A stretch of 63,997 nt of DNA, filler included, from Malassezia furfur (taxonomy: Eukaryota): assembly GCA_052055015.1 (NCBI GenBank). It is 3 parts of 3 records of this genome, joined end to end, with 100 filler letters (N's around TTAATTAATTAA, not from the genome) between each part and the next. Parts side by side here need not be neighbours in the genome. Positions count along the whole stretch, not along the records: positions 1 to 23,032 come from JBQJIT010000154.1; positions 23,133 to 45,793 come from JBQJIT010000155.1; 1 more part is not named here. One strand, 5' to 3'. This document shows positions 12,847 through 25,360 of the stretch, one piece after another. A program made the translations under genes and the position numbers. How positions within the stretch are numbered: the first letter of the stretch is position 1; every line of letters starts with the position of its first letter. The notes beneath the pieces were generated by a model, which did no database searches, was not told where the DNA came from, and worked only from the letters and a program-made list of their open reading frames with translations.

Positions 12847-14799
12847 ATGGGCGAAACATCTCGGAGCCGATGCGGTTCCAGAGCGGAAGACTCCTTGAAG
12901 CAAACAACGACCAAGGTGTCGTCCGTTCGTCACGACCTAGATGGACAAATGCCCTTAATTGGGGACAGCAGTAAGCCGACTTATTCAACATGGTGGCAGG
13001 GCATCGTACAGACGGTGATCCGGCACATGTCGTTTGTGGGCCCGGGCCTCATTGCCGCTGTGGCTTATTGTGACCCCGGCAACTGGGCGACGGACATGGA
13101 GGCGGGCTCACGTTTCGGCTACAGTCTGCTCTTCACGGTGTTGCTGTCCGGCCTTTTTGCGGTGCTCCTGCAAGTACTTTGCTGTCGTCTTGGCGCGGTA
13201 ACGGGCATGGACCTAGCCGTGCAGACGCGCCGTTTGGTCCTACGTCTTCCTGCAGATTCTGATGCGCCGCCGGACTGGGATGCACCCGGGATGCGCGCAC
13301 GATACTGGGGCCTGTTGATCCCTTTGTATATCATCAACGAAGGTGCAATCATTGCGACCGAGCTGGCCGAATTGATCGGAAGTGCCATTGCACTCAACCT
13401 CCTCTTTCCGAGTCTGCCGCTCTGGGGCGGTGTGCTCGTGACGTCGGCGGATGTTTTTCTCGTCCTGTTCTTGTACCGACCCAGCATGAGCGTCCGCATC
13501 TTTGAGTCGCTCATTGGCGCGCTTGTTCTGATTGTACTCGCGTGCTTCATCATTCTCCTGGTGCGCGTCAAGCCTGACTGGAGCGACGTGTTTAAGGGCT
13601 ACGTCCCCTCGCAAAAAGTTGTCGATGCGGACGGGCTGTATGTCTCCATCTCGATCTTGGGTGCAACGATCATGCCCCACTCGTTGGTGCTTGGGTCGCA
13701 TTTTGCAACGATCGACCGCCTCGAAGGGTACGAGGAGATGGGAAGCGAGGCAAGTTCGGAGGACAGCGAGGACAACGAAGGGGAGACGGATAACAACGGT
13801 CCGGAAGCACGGCCGCCGGTTACGCGTGCCTTGTCGCGCTCCAGTTCGCGGAGTCGCTTGCGGTCACGCCCTATGACCTTTTGGCGAACGTGCCGTAACC
13901 TGTACCGGAGCATCAAGGCCAAGCACCTCAAAGTGCCCGAGGTGGTGCAAGACGACAAGCTTCCTCCGCAACAACCGGCGTCGTTGGAGCACATTGAACT
14001 CAGCCTCAAACATGCGTCGTGGGATATTGCAATCTGTCTTGTGCTCTTTGCCATCACGATCAACAGTGCCATTCTGATTGTGGCATCTGCTGCGTTTTAC
14101 TATGGCAATAACAGCACGGGCGACACGGAGGTTGTTGGCGACCTGTTCCAGGCGTTTGAGCTGCTCCGCGACACGGTCGGCAAAGCCCCTGCGATCCTGT
14201 TTGCCATTGCGTTGCTGACCGCTGGACAGTCGTCGAGCATCACAGTAACGCTTGCAGGCCAGATTATCTCGGAAGGGTTCATCCACTGGCGCCTGACGCC
14301 GTTCATGCGTCGGCTCTTGACGCGTGCCATTGCTGTGTTCCCCTCGATGATTGTGGCCGCACTAGCGGGCCGCTCGGGGCTGGATGAGATGCTGGTCGCG
14401 TCGCAGGTGGCGCTGTCCATGGCGCTTCCATTTGTGAGCCTGCCCCTTCTTCTCCTTACTGGCTCGCGGAAGCGGATGCAGCGTGAATTGATCCGAGAGG
14501 AACCGATGCAGTCCCAGTCGAGCATCGCCAACTACGGCAGTACGACGCCGATCTTGAACGAGACTGAGCCCAGTGCGCCGGAAGAGCCGATGCTGACGCT
14601 TGGTGCGCGCGTGCGCCGCGCCTATGCGACCCTCTTCCGGACCCCCAACAGCGACCACGAGTCGTCTGGGCCGACGTACTTCCATGCGTTCAGCAACAGT
14701 ATCGCGGTGAATGCGCTGTCTTATGCGGTGTTTGGGCTAATTTGTATCGCGGACGTATACGTGCTCGTCTCGACACTGAAGGACCCCGCTAACGCTTAG
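12847..14799 (+). CDS. NRAMP-family divalent metal (Mn/Fe) transporter, SMF-like; the start may be the ATG at 12949
   Basis: FVGPGLIAAVAYCDPGNWATD, GATIMPHSL and AGQSSSITVTLAGQIISEGF motifs; multiple transmembrane segments. Confidence 0.93.
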   Translation: MGETSRSRCGSRAEDSLKQTTTKVSSVRHDLDGQMPLIGDSSKPTYSTWWQGIVQTVIRHMSFVGPGLIAAVAYCDPGNWATDMEAGSRFGYSLLFTVLLSGLFAVLLQVLCCRLGAVTGMDLAVQTRRLVLRLPADSDAPPDWDAPGMRARYWGLLIPLYIINEGAIIATELAELIGSAIALNLLFPSLPLWGGVLVTSADVFLVLFLYRPSMSVRIFESLIGALVLIVLACFIILLVRVKPDWSDVFKGYVPSQKVVDADGLYVSISILGATIMPHSLVLGSHFATIDRLEGYEEMGSEASSEDSEDNEGETDNNGPEARPPVTRALSRSSSRSRLRSRPMTFWRTCRNLYRSIKAKHLKVPEVVQDDKLPPQQPASLEHIELSLKHASWDIAICLVLFAITINSAILIVASAAFYYGNNSTGDTEVVGDLFQAFELLRDTVGKAPAILFAIALLTAGQSSSITVTLAGQIISEGFIHWRLTPFMRRLLTRAIAVFPSMIVAALAGRSGLDEMLVASQVALSMALPFVSLPLLLLTGSRKRMQRELIREEPMQSQSSIANYGSTTPILNETEPSAPEEPMLTLGARVRRAYATLFRTPNSDHESSGPTYFHAFSNSIAVNALSYAVFGLICIADVYVLVSTLKDPANA

Positions 14800-14840
14800 C
14801 CGTAGAATACCCCTGATACCCTATACTATTACTGCTCTTC

Positions 14841-17800
14841 ATGGCTAGCCGACGGTAAGCCTTCCTCCACATACGTGTGCGGCGCGACGCGTCGCAGATC
14901 GACTACGGTTTACGAAATCCCAATTCGGCCCTTTTTTCGAGGAATTAAGGGTTTGGAGCGTGCCAACCGCGCGGTGCGATCGGCGCGTCGGCATAGCACC
15001 GCTCCTCTTTCTCCCCTCTTCCGACCCAGTAGACGCCGGCCCTGTGCGTCGTCCGTGATCATCAAAGTGTCGTTGCCCACGGTGCGCCAACAGGACACTC
15101 TGGGGAGCCTCACGGAGGCTCAGACAGATCGGGCGCTGGGGCGCACTGCGGCGTCCCGGTATGATCTGTCGGTCCTCCCGCTGATCCCGTCGCATGGCGA
15201 GATCAGCGCGCTCCGAGGTTATCTGCGTGGCCCGAATCCGAATGCGACACAGCGTGCCGGCTCTCCGGACTACAACCGCGAGCTGGCTCTCGCGCGTCTG
15301 CGCGAGTCCCACTTTGCGCTGCGCATGAGAGAAGATGGGCGGGCGGCCCCGCTCTCCCCGGATACCCGCCGGCGCGTCGCGGAACTCCCTCGGTCTATGA
15401 GTGCTCCGAACTTGCATGAGATGAACGACCCCGAGAAAGCGTCCCGGCGCGCCATCATGATGCGCGATGTGCCGCCGCTGCCCAAGTCGCCCACGGGCTC
15501 GGTCATGACACTGCCGGCGATGCCCACCTCCCGACCGCGGCGGCGCCCGGCTACGCCCAAAAACAAGGGGCGCGCCGACGACGATGCGGACGACACAGCG
15601 TCCATCGCGAGTAGTGGTCGGCGCTCGAGGCGCTCGCCAAGCCTGTCGCTCTCGTCGATGCGCAAAACACTGGAGCGCATGCGCTCGGGAACCGCGACGC
15701 CGCCGCTGCCGTCGCCTACGACGCGGGGCGAAAAGGCACACGCGAAGCCGTTCCCAATTGTGCGCACGTTTACCGACCCGACACTCACGCCCACGCGTCC
15801 ACAGGGCCCGCTGGACTTGGGTCGCAACTCCAGCAACTCGTCGCTGGCACGCATGCACGTTGGGCAGTCGACGCAGGACCTGAGCGACACAAGCAACGTG
15901 TCGAGCATGTCGCTGCCGCTGCTCCCGCACCCGGTACGCAAAGACTCGGCGCCGGGACGCAGCAACGGCCCCCTGTTCTACCGAAACGAACTGGTCCACT
16001 CCCCTACGACGCAGGCAGCGTCCGAAACGAGCTCGGTGTCGCCGCATCTTTTGTCCGAGCAGCTTCCGTCGTCGGACCAGTCGTCGGAGCGCGAGCGCTC
16101 TCTGAGCGCGTCACGCTCGACGTCGCCCGGCGCGTCGTCAACGCTGCCCGGCGCAGCGCCGACACCGCCTCCGCAGCCGGCGCATGCGCCCGATGAAAGC
16201 GAGATGGGGGTGCAGTATGGAACGGCTGTCAGCGACGCGCGCGAGCCGGCCGCGCCCACCAGCGCCGCGCCGACCGACGCGCGCTCGTTGAGCTCACTGC
16301 GCTCGTTGCGCCAGCCGTACGCTCAGTTCCCGCGCCGCGTGTCGGCGAGGAACCCGTCGTCCTCGACGCGCAGCAGCACCACGTCCTTCGACGCCTCGTC
16401 GGAGTCTTCCTCCCAGACGCTGGAGCGTGCGACGTCACCGGTCATGGACGCACAGGGACGCACCTCCTCTCCTTTGCCCGCGAGCCCTACATCGCCTACG
16501 CATCCCAACTCGTTTACCCCCGCACTCAGCCTCACGCCGCTCGCCGCTCCCCGAGCGTCGGCGACCTCGGCTGCACCGGTGAGCGAAGAGGAGCACGTCT
16601 ATTTCGCATCCCCCTTGCCGGACGATGAGCCGTCCTCGGCCTCCGTCGAGTTCGAGGCGACCGAGCCTCCAACTGATGTGCGCCCAGCTGCAGCGGCGGC
16701 GCCTGCATCACAGCGCACGCTCCTGAACGCCCTCACACCCGCGCCTGTGGCCCGCACCCCTGGTGCGGATGTCGCGCGCACCGTCCACGATACCTCGGTG
16801 CCGCATGTGTCCACAGCGCCCTCGCCGCGTATGCCACGCGCACCAGCGCAGGCAGCGCCAGCGCCCACGCCAGCGTCCGCGGTCGCCGACCAGGATACGC
16901 TGATCGTCCAGATTGAGGATGCGTTCCAGCAGATCATGAACGTGGCCATCGCATCGCAAGCCGCCAACGTGCCCATTCCCCGCCGCACGGCGGCTGCGCC
17001 AGGATCATCCGCGCCTCCCCTGCCGCGCCGGATGGCGCTTGAGGCGATGTCGGTGCAGCCGACCGGCCGCGATGTGTCCGGCGTCAAGCCGGACGCGGGC
17101 TTGGCGTCACAGCGCTCGACGCTGCAAGACTCTGGGCTGCTGAGCGCCGATACAATGAGCGTGTTGTGGCGTGATCACGGGGATACATCGCGTGATGCAT
17201 ATGATTCGGATGCTACCGAAGGTCATGTACATGCCGTACCGCCGTCCCCCCAGCGTAACGCCGCTGGCGCCGGCACCACCGCTCCTGCTGCTGCTGCCGA
17301 CTCGAGCGACGCTTCGCAGCCGCACATGCGCAGTGTGAACGCCATTCCGGACGCTGGGACACCGTCGGCGGTGCCCGACGCACCGGCTGGGCGGGCCGAA
17401 CGGTCGCAGTCGACGCGGCGCTCGCTTGCGCGACTATCGCAGCACCTGACGCAGGCGGCGTCGGACATGGAAAAGAGCCAAGCAAACTTCGAATTCCACT
17501 CACAGCTTGAAGAGTTTGCGGCGCAACAAGCGAGTCTACGGGGCACCATCGAGAGCTCGCGAGCCGAGATTATGGAATTGCGCAAGAATCTATGGCAGTT
17601 CCACGCGGATTTACAGGAGGACGGCGCGCCGGTTCCTGACCGCACTCATCTGACGGCAGCTCAATGGGCCACGGGGGCGGACAGCAAGGCGTCTGTGGAG
17701 CATTTGGACCGTCGACTCGCGCACATGCTTAACCAGTGCGATTTGGCGGACCGTGTGACGTCGGCGGTGCCTGACGGAGGCACTGCTACGGCCGCTCTAG

Positions 17801-17874
17801 GGCCTTCGCGCACGGATCGTGCGTCGACGCGAGCCGCTCCCCACGATGTCGGTGCTGATTGGTCGTTCGTATGA
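14841..17874 (+). CDS. Hypothetical Ser/Pro-rich low-complexity protein with a C-terminal coiled coil; tentative first exon 14841-14854 and intron 14855-15029
   Basis: Open frame of about 1000 codons; ATG GCT AGC CGA CG|GTAAGC donor and a pyrimidine-rich ...CCGACCCAG acceptor splice into that frame; alternatively starts at ATG 15325. Confidence 0.6.
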
Positions 17875-18552
17875 GCACCGTTGATAGCGAACAATGTGTC
17901 AGGGCGGAGTTTCACCAGGGTCCGTTGCGTTAGCTGTCGCGCTGGCGCGTCTAGGTTGTGCACCCGTGGCTACCAAAGTCTGACGTCACCAAGAAAGGGG
18001 ACGCGTTGGGTTACGAAGTTGCGTACATATTTTTATTGGCCCGTTTTCGTTGTTCGGCGTTGCGCATCGCTTATGCAACACTATGTCGACGAATCAAATC
18101 GCATGCAGGTAGATAACTTTTACGAACAAAGGATTACGCCCTGGCTTCCTTGCATTGGCCCAGGCCCCGTGATAGCCGACGCTGACCCAAGCAATGCGGC
18201 GCATTGACATCTGGTGGGCGCAAGGAAGGGTAGCATTGTAAATAATAGTAGGGGCTGTGACACGCAAGACGATTCGATTCGCGCGGGCGTTGGGTTGTCC
18301 GAATCGCGAGAAGTTGGGTGTGTCTTTCCGGGCAGTCTGGTCTATTCTCCCAACTACTACCATCAGCTTTGGTATCCTCGTTGTTGTTGTCTGACAGAAA
18401 CGCCACTTTTGTCTGACGCGCCGTTCATATTCTCCGCTGGTTCGGTTGTATACTCATTCTATCAATCCCTTCGCGTTGTGTTTTTGAAGTGAGCGCCACA
18501 CTTCTTTCATTCAACGCTTGCACCTGCATCTTCCTTTTCCATTTCCCGCAAT

Positions 18553-21500
18553 ATGTCTAGCACTACGCCCAACCAGCAACAGCAGTCGCAAGGCCAGGAC
18601 GAACGCCCGCCTAGCATCTCGGTGGTCGGTATCGGCCTCCGTCTTCCTGGAGCACGCGACAAGAAGGAATACTTTGAGCTGCTCAAGGAGGGCCGCTGTG
18701 CCATTGGCCGTGTTCCGGCCGACCGTTGGAACGCTGAGGCGATGACTCAGGACGGTGGTGTTCCTGGCAAGGTGATCACGGACCAGGGTGGTTTCGTTGA
18801 CCCCCACACGGACGTTGATACGCTCGAGTTTGGTATCTCGCCCGCCGAGGCGCGCCAGATCGACCCGCACCAAGTCGTGCTGGTTGAGTGCGTGTACCAG
18901 GCACTCGAGGACTCGGGTATCAACTACCGTGGTACCAACACCGGTGTGTACGTCACGGGTTCGCCCGACGTGCACAACCTGGGTAAGGACATGTACGACA
19001 TGGGTCCCTACAGTGCGACCGGTGCGGCCTTCTCGATGCAGGCCAACCGTCTGTCGTACCTGTTCGACCTGCGTGGTCCGTCGATCTACCTCGACACGGC
19101 TTGCTCGTCGAGTATCACGTGTCTGCACCTTGCGCGCACGGCCATCCTGCGCGGCGACTGTGACATGGCGGTCGTGGCGGCGGTCAACCTGATTCTTGCG
19201 CCGGATGCCTCGCTGTCGTTCTCGACGCTGGGCACCCTGTCCAAGACGGGTCTCTGCCACACGTTCGACGCGTCGGCCGACGGTTACGTCCGTGGTGAGG
19301 GCTGCACGGTCATTGTGCTGCAGCGCACCGAGGACGCCGTGCGCCTGGGCAGCCACGTGTACTCGGAGATCACTGGTACGCACATCAATGCAAACGGCAA
19401 GGGCAAGAGTATCACTCTGCCCGACGGCCCGCAGCAGAAGGCCGCTACGATCGCCGCCTACAAGGAGGCGAAGCGCGACTTCAGCGAGACGGTGTACGTC
19501 GAGTGCCACGGTACGGGTACGCCGGTCGGTGACCCGATCGAGGCGAACGCCGTCGGTCAGGTCTTCTCGCCTGGCCGCTCGAGCGACGACAAGCTGCGTA
19601 TTGGTTCGTCCAAGACCAATGTCGGTCACTTGGAGCCTGCCGCGGGTCTCGTGGGTCTGATCAAGAACTGCTACACCCTCGACACGGGCTACCTGCTGCC
19701 GCACCTGCACTTCCAGAAGCCGAGCCCCAAGATCCACTGGGACGACTTCCAGATCCAGGTGCAGACCGCCTACGAGCCGATCCCTGAGAAGAAGCTGAGC
19801 AAGGACGGCAAGTTTATCGTGTCGCTCTCCTCGTTCGGTTTCGGTGGTGCCAACTCGCACACGGTCATGGAGCGTGTGCCGAACAAGGCGCGCATTGAGA
19901 ACTTCAAGCAGCCCGCGGCGACGGACCCGATGCTTGTTGCGGTGGGTGCGCTGTCGAACCGTGCGGTGACCTCGCTCGAGAACTCGATGGAGGAGTTCTG
20001 GGGCAAGTCGCCGAACCCGATGCACTCGGAGCTCATGGCCCGTACCATCACGGAGCGTGCGCGCGGCAACCCCAACATGGCGTTTGCCGTGGCGTCGCCC
20101 AACGAGCCGCTGCAGTTCAACGAGACGACCGCCACCTCGTCGCCCGACTTCAACCCGCTCAAGGCGTTTGTGTTCTGTGGTCAGGGTCCCCAGCACGAGG
20201 ACATGGGTCGCCACCTGTACGCGCGCTTTGGTGCGTTCCGTGACTCGGTGCACAAGTCGTTCGAGGTGGTGCAGCGCTACCACAAGGGCGAGTTTGTCAA
20301 CAGCGGTCTGTTCTCCTCGGACAAGAACGCCAACGTGCAGAAGACGCAGTCGGGCCACTGGTCGGTCGAGGCGATTGTGATTGGTATCACCATCTTCCAG
20401 ATCGCCCTGTACGACCTGTGGGTGTCGCTGAACGTGGTGCCCGACGTGGTCATGGGCCACTCGGTCGGTGAGATTGCTGCGATGTACGCCTCGGGTGCCT
20501 TCTCTCACGAGAAAGCGATCCGCACGGCCATTGCGCGCTCCAACGCCCTCGGCCTGCTCGACACGGTCGATGGTACGATGGCCGCGCTCGGCATCAGCCG
20601 CGAGGAGGCGCAGGCGATCCTCGACGAGGTCCTGAAGGAGAACAACGTGACCACCGGTCTGTGGGTCTCGGCGAGCAACTCGACCAAGGCCGTGTCGGTG
20701 TCGGGTGAGACGAAGCTCGTGCGCGAGGTCGTCAAGAAGTGCGAGGCCGCGGGCATCTTTGCGCGTGAGCTGCGTGTCGGTGGTCCGTACCACTCGCCGA
20801 TGGTGTCGCCCTGCAAGGAGCCCTTCCTGTCGGAGGTGTACCCGCTGGTCGATGCCGAGAAGAACGTGCCGACGCGCCGCTTCATCTCGACGGTGCACGG
20901 CCGCATGCACGAGGTCGGCGAGTCGCTGGACGCCGAGTACTGCTGGGACAATGTCAGCTCGCCTGTGCTGTTCCGCGAGTCGATCGAGGCGCTCGAGCAG
21001 TACCGCAAGGAGCAGGACCGTGGCCTGCTGATCGTCGAGATCGCGCCGCACTCGGTGCTTGGCGCGTACATGGACGAGATCACGCGCGCCATCGAGGCCG
21101 AGCGCACGACGATTGTGTCGTCGGCGCGCCGCCCCAACTTCAAGAAGGGCGAGACGCGCGACACCCCCGGCGAGGTCACCCAGTTCCTCACTGCGGTCGG
21201 CCAGTCGATGCAGGCGGGCGAGCGCAACATGATCGTGTACAAGCTGTACTCGGACGACTTTGTGGACTGCCCGCTCGGCATCAACTCGGAGCTGCCGGAG
21301 CTGCCGCCGTACCCCTTCCTGCCGAAGCCGAAGCGCACGACCGAGATCAGCTTCCCCGAGCACATCCGCTGCCGCCCGCCGGGCCCGCCGCTGTGCAGCG
21401 AGATGCTCCGTATCAATGCGCAGACGCACAGCTGGACCAAGGGCCACAAGATCCGTGGCACGATCATTTTCCCCGGTGCCGGTTACGCCGAGTCGGCCCT

Positions 21501-23032
21501 CGAGGCCGGCGCGCGCACCATCACCGACATGGACATCCACCGTGCGTTTGTCATTGAGGAGGAGGGCCAGCCGAAGTACGCCCGCTTTGTCGAGACGGGC
21601 ATCAACGGTGGCTGGGAGTTCCGCTCGTCGGGCAAGAACGCGGTCAACGACGGTGGTATCGTCTACGACCAGCTGCACGCCTCGGGCCACATGTCGCCCG
21701 AGTACACGCGTGTCGGCCCCGACTCGCTCCAGGAGGTGTTTGGCGAGAACTGGCTCGATCACTTTGACATTATCATGGACGGCCAGACCTTCTACGACCG
21801 CCTGAAGCCCAACGGTTCGCAGCACACGGGTGCGTTTGGTATGATCAACGAGGTGCGTGGCTCGACGACGCGCGAGGACGACTACCTTGCGTTTGTCGAC
21901 GTGCTGCCCGACCTCTGGACGCACCCCGAGTCGCAGAACATGGTGTTCCACCCCGGTCTGCTCGACTCGGCGTTCCTGTGCACGTGGATTCCCGCGCTGC
22001 CGTTCGACGGCAGCAAGCTCGGTGTCGACGCCTTCCTGCCGAACCACCTCGACATCCTCGCGATGCGCGCGACGCCCGAGGAGGTGCGTGCGGCGAAGCA
22101 GATTGTGCTCTACGTCCAGACGCTCATCTCGAACGACCACCACATCAAGCACAACATTCTGATGTTTGACCGCAAGACGGGCAAGACGCTCGCGTTCCTG
22201 CGTGGTCTCGAGTGCACGCGTATCAAGGACACGGTCAAGGAGCGCGAGGCCTACACCGAGTCGTGGGAGCCGCGTGCGTTTGACGCCACGGCTGCGCTCG
22301 ACGAGGAGTACCGCCTGCAGCCGCAGCTCTCGAGCGCCTTTGTGCAGGACATGGCCGCCCACGACGAGGAGGACGCGGTCGCCGAGGCGCTCCAGCGCGG
22401 CAGTGCTGCGGCGGTGTGCGCCGACGGCCTGCAGGACCGCGTGTTTGACCTGCCCGGCGTCAGCGCCGAGGTCGGCGAGAGCATCGTCGAGGCCGCCCAG
22501 GCGCTCATCTCGTCGTCGCTGCAGCAGGAGCCGCGCCGCGTGTTCCGCGTGCTCGAGATGTACGCGCGCCGCCGCAAGATCAACCTGCAGCCGCTCGTGG
22601 CGTGGGCGCAGAAGCGCGGCCTGTACGTCGACCTGGTGCGCCTGAACGTCGCCAACCCGGTCAAGGGCACGGACGCCTTCTTCACGGGCCCGTACGATGT
22701 GCCCGCGGCGATTGCCGACTTCCAGCGCACGATCCCCTCGACGTTTGACCTGGTCGTGTCGAGCGACCTGCTGCGCTCGGTGCCGGACGCCTCGGCGGTG
22801 GTCAAGGCCGCGGACGACCTGCTCGTCCCCGGCGGCTACGCCGTGTTTGCCGAGGTGAACCCTGCGGCCAAGGCGCTCGCGCAGCTCTTCTACTCGAGCA
22901 ACCCCGTGTCGCTCGAGGCGCTCGGCCTGACGCCGTTCAGCAAGGCGAGCCCGACGCTGAACGTCGCCTACCTGCGCCGCGGCGACAACGCCTGGCCGAG
23001 CTTCCCGCTGCCCTCGGTGATGCCTGCCGAGG
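18553..23032 (+). CDS. Iterative type I polyketide synthase (KS-AT-DH-degenerate MT...), truncated by an assembly gap
   Basis: KS: DTACSSS, ECHGTGT, NVGHLEP, SFGFGGAN; AT: GQGPQ, GHSVGE, YHS; DH: HKIRGTIIFPGAGY, HPGLLD; MT-like fold remnants RVLEMY, FDLVVS, LLVPGGY. Confidence 0.95.
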
Positions 23033-23132
23033 NNNNNNNNNNNNNNNNNNNNNNNNNNNNNNNNNNNNNNNNNNNNTTAATTAATTAANNNNNNNNNNNN
23101 NNNNNNNNNNNNNNNNNNNNNNNNNNNNNNNN
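23033..23132. other. Artificial contig-join spacer (44 N + TTAATTAATTAA + 44 N)
   Basis: N runs flanking a six-frame stop linker; an identical spacer occurs at 45794-45893. Confidence 0.98.
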
Positions 23133-23372
23133 CCCTCCCCGCACCGCTTGTGGCAATCAGGAGCGTCTTCAACGGACATCCGCCCCTCATACCCCCATGG
23201 CTCCATAGGTCATTGTGACGTCGTGTATATTCAACTAATGGACGATTGCCCAGGTCCAGCACCGCTTCGCGGACGCGGGGATGTATGCAGATCGCGACTC
23301 CACGTCTCTGTGGAAATATGCGTGCGCCGCCGGGGCCTCAGGGGTTCGTCCATACCAACACCACGGGACACG

Positions 23373-25328
23373 ATGAGTGGGCGGTTCGTGCGGTCGTCCA
23401 AGTACCGGTACGTAGCGCGGCGCGGCTGATCGCAGCCACGTGTATGGCAACCCCGCCAAGAAGGAGGTGTGCTACGACAATGTCAAGGTACGTCGCTCCA
23501 CTTACACAGGTGTCGAACAACGTGCGTGCCCCCACTGACCCCAGGCATGGGACACCAACCTGCTCGAGGCCAACGGCCAGTTCCTCGCGATGAACTGGCA
23601 GGCTTCCGGCGGCGGTGCGTTTGCGCTGATCCCCCTATCGCGCCCCGGCAAGCTGCCGGATGTGTACCCCGTGTGCCGAGGGCATACGGCGGCGGTGCTC
23701 AACACGTCGTTCAGTCCGTTTGACGACAATGTGATTGCGAGCGGCGGCGACGATGCGCAGATCGCGGTGTGGAAGGTGTCGCCCGACGAGATCGCGGAGC
23801 GGCTCGACAGCAAGGACGCAACCGCCGAGGACATCAAGCCCGTCGCGACGTTTGCCGGCGGCCGGCGCCGTGTGGGCCATGTGCAGTTCCACCCCACCGC
23901 CTCCAACGTGCTTGCGGCGGCCACAGGCGACCACGCGATCAAGCTGTTTGACGTCGAGAAGCAGAAGCCGCAGATCGTGCTCGAAGGGTTCGGCGATGCG
24001 ATCCAGTCGATGACTTTCGACTGGACCGGCAGTGCGATTGCGGCGACGTGCCGCGACCGCAAGCTGCGCCTGTTTGACACGCGCACGCCCAAGGCGGTGC
24101 ACACGGTGGACAGCCACGGTGGGATCAAGGGCGCGCGCGCGGTGTGGTGCGGCGACAAGCCGCGTCTGATCACGTCGGGCTTCAGCAAGCTGTCGGAGCG
24201 CCAAGTCTTCCTGTGGGACGTGACGCAGCCCACCAAGCCGATCACCACCGTGTCGCTGGACAGCAGCAACGGGATCCTCATGCCGTTCTGGAGCGACAAC
24301 AACATCGTGTTCCTGGCCGGCAAGGGCGACGGCAATATCCGCTACTTTGAGCTCGAGTCCGACGAGCTTCACTACCTCACCGAGTACAAGTCGGTCGAGC
24401 CGCAGAGCGGGATGGCCTTCCTGCCGCGGCGCTCGCTGACCGTGGACGACAACGAAATCGCGCGCATGTACAAGGTGACCAACAGCCTCATCCAGCCGGT
24501 GTCGTTCTATGTGCCGCGCAAGGCCGACTCGTTCCAGGCCGACATCTTCCCGCCGGCACCGTCCGACAAGCCGGCCCTGAGTGCGGACGAATTCTTTGCG
24601 CAAAAGAAGACGGCGACGCCGAACCTGCTCGACTTTGCCGACCGGTCGATCGTGCCGAGCGAGCCGGCGACGCCCACATTGGCCGGCGGCTCGAGTGCAG
24701 CCGCGCCCAAGGCCGCGGCGGTCGCCGCCGAGCCCAAGGCGGAGCCCAAGGCGGAGCCCAAGGCGGAGCCCAAGGCGGCTGTTGCCGCTGAGGAGACCAA
24801 GGCCGAGCCTAAGGCTGCCGAGGAGCCCAAGGCCGCTGAGCCCAAGGCTGAGGAGCCCAAGGCCGAGGTTCCCAAGGCCGCTGAGCCCAAGTCCGAGGAG
24901 CTCAAGGCCGCTGAGCCCAAGGCCGAGGAACCCGAGGCCGCCGCGCCCATGACCGCCGTGCCCAAGCTCGCCGAAGAGTCCAAGTCGGTGCCCAAGGCCG
25001 CCGCGGAGCTCAAGGCACCGGCCAAGCCGGTCGGCACGCCTGCATCGGAGCCGCGCGCCGAAGCCAAAGAAAAGAGCATCGCACGCGCCGCCGAGGCCGC
25101 AGACGCCAAGTCTGCATCGCACGACGCGCCGGCGCCCGCCGCGGCGGCCACTACTGCGCCGGCCTCGGCGAGTTCCGCAGAGATCGAGGAGCTCAAGGCC
25201 CAGATCGCGGAGCGCGACACGCGTATCCGCGAGCTGGAGATGGAGAACCTCAAGTACGTACGCACGACTCACCCAGGCTCCGCACGAACCATCAGCGCGT
25301 GCGCGACGTTTTGCTTAGCCAGCCGTAG
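23373..25328 (+). CDS. CRN1: Coronin; introns 23408-23435, 23488-23509, 23522-23544 and 25254-25276; 12-nt microexon 23510-23521
   Basis: Spliced N-terminus MSGRFVRSSKYRHVYGNPAKKEVCYDNVKVSNNAWDTNL; LAGKGDGNIRYFE; VPRKADSFQADIFPP; C-terminal coiled coil. Confidence 0.93.
24727..24936 (+). repeat. Coding tandem repeat (GCNGAGCCCAAG-like units encoding AEPK/AAEPK) in the coronin unique region
   Basis: About a dozen degenerate 12-15 nt units are visible in the sequence. Confidence 0.85.
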
Positions 25329-25360
25329 ATGGCCCCTGCGCTCCCTCCACGTGATCCGTC

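Noticed and set aside
13660..13700. NRAMP TM6 lacks the second His (MPHSLVLGS)
   Set aside because: This is the normal state in fungal SMF-type transporters
11000..18550. Visibly lower GC region as a possible centromere flank or horizontal transfer
   Set aside because: The shift is modest, the genes are ordinary fungal ones, and no long AT-rich gene-free core is present; I could not quantify it
18511..22362. Very long antisense ORFs (1283 aa opposite the PKS, 873 aa opposite VPS13, 709 aa opposite CTR9, and others)
   Set aside because: They are expected shadows of GC-rich, codon-biased genes and have no recognisable domains
23033..23132. TTAATTAATTAA palindrome within N runs (also 45794-45893) as a biological element
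   Set aside because: It is an identical 100-nt artificial spacer with stops in all six frames, and it also makes any PKS-coronin or ORC4-CTR9 linkage unsupported
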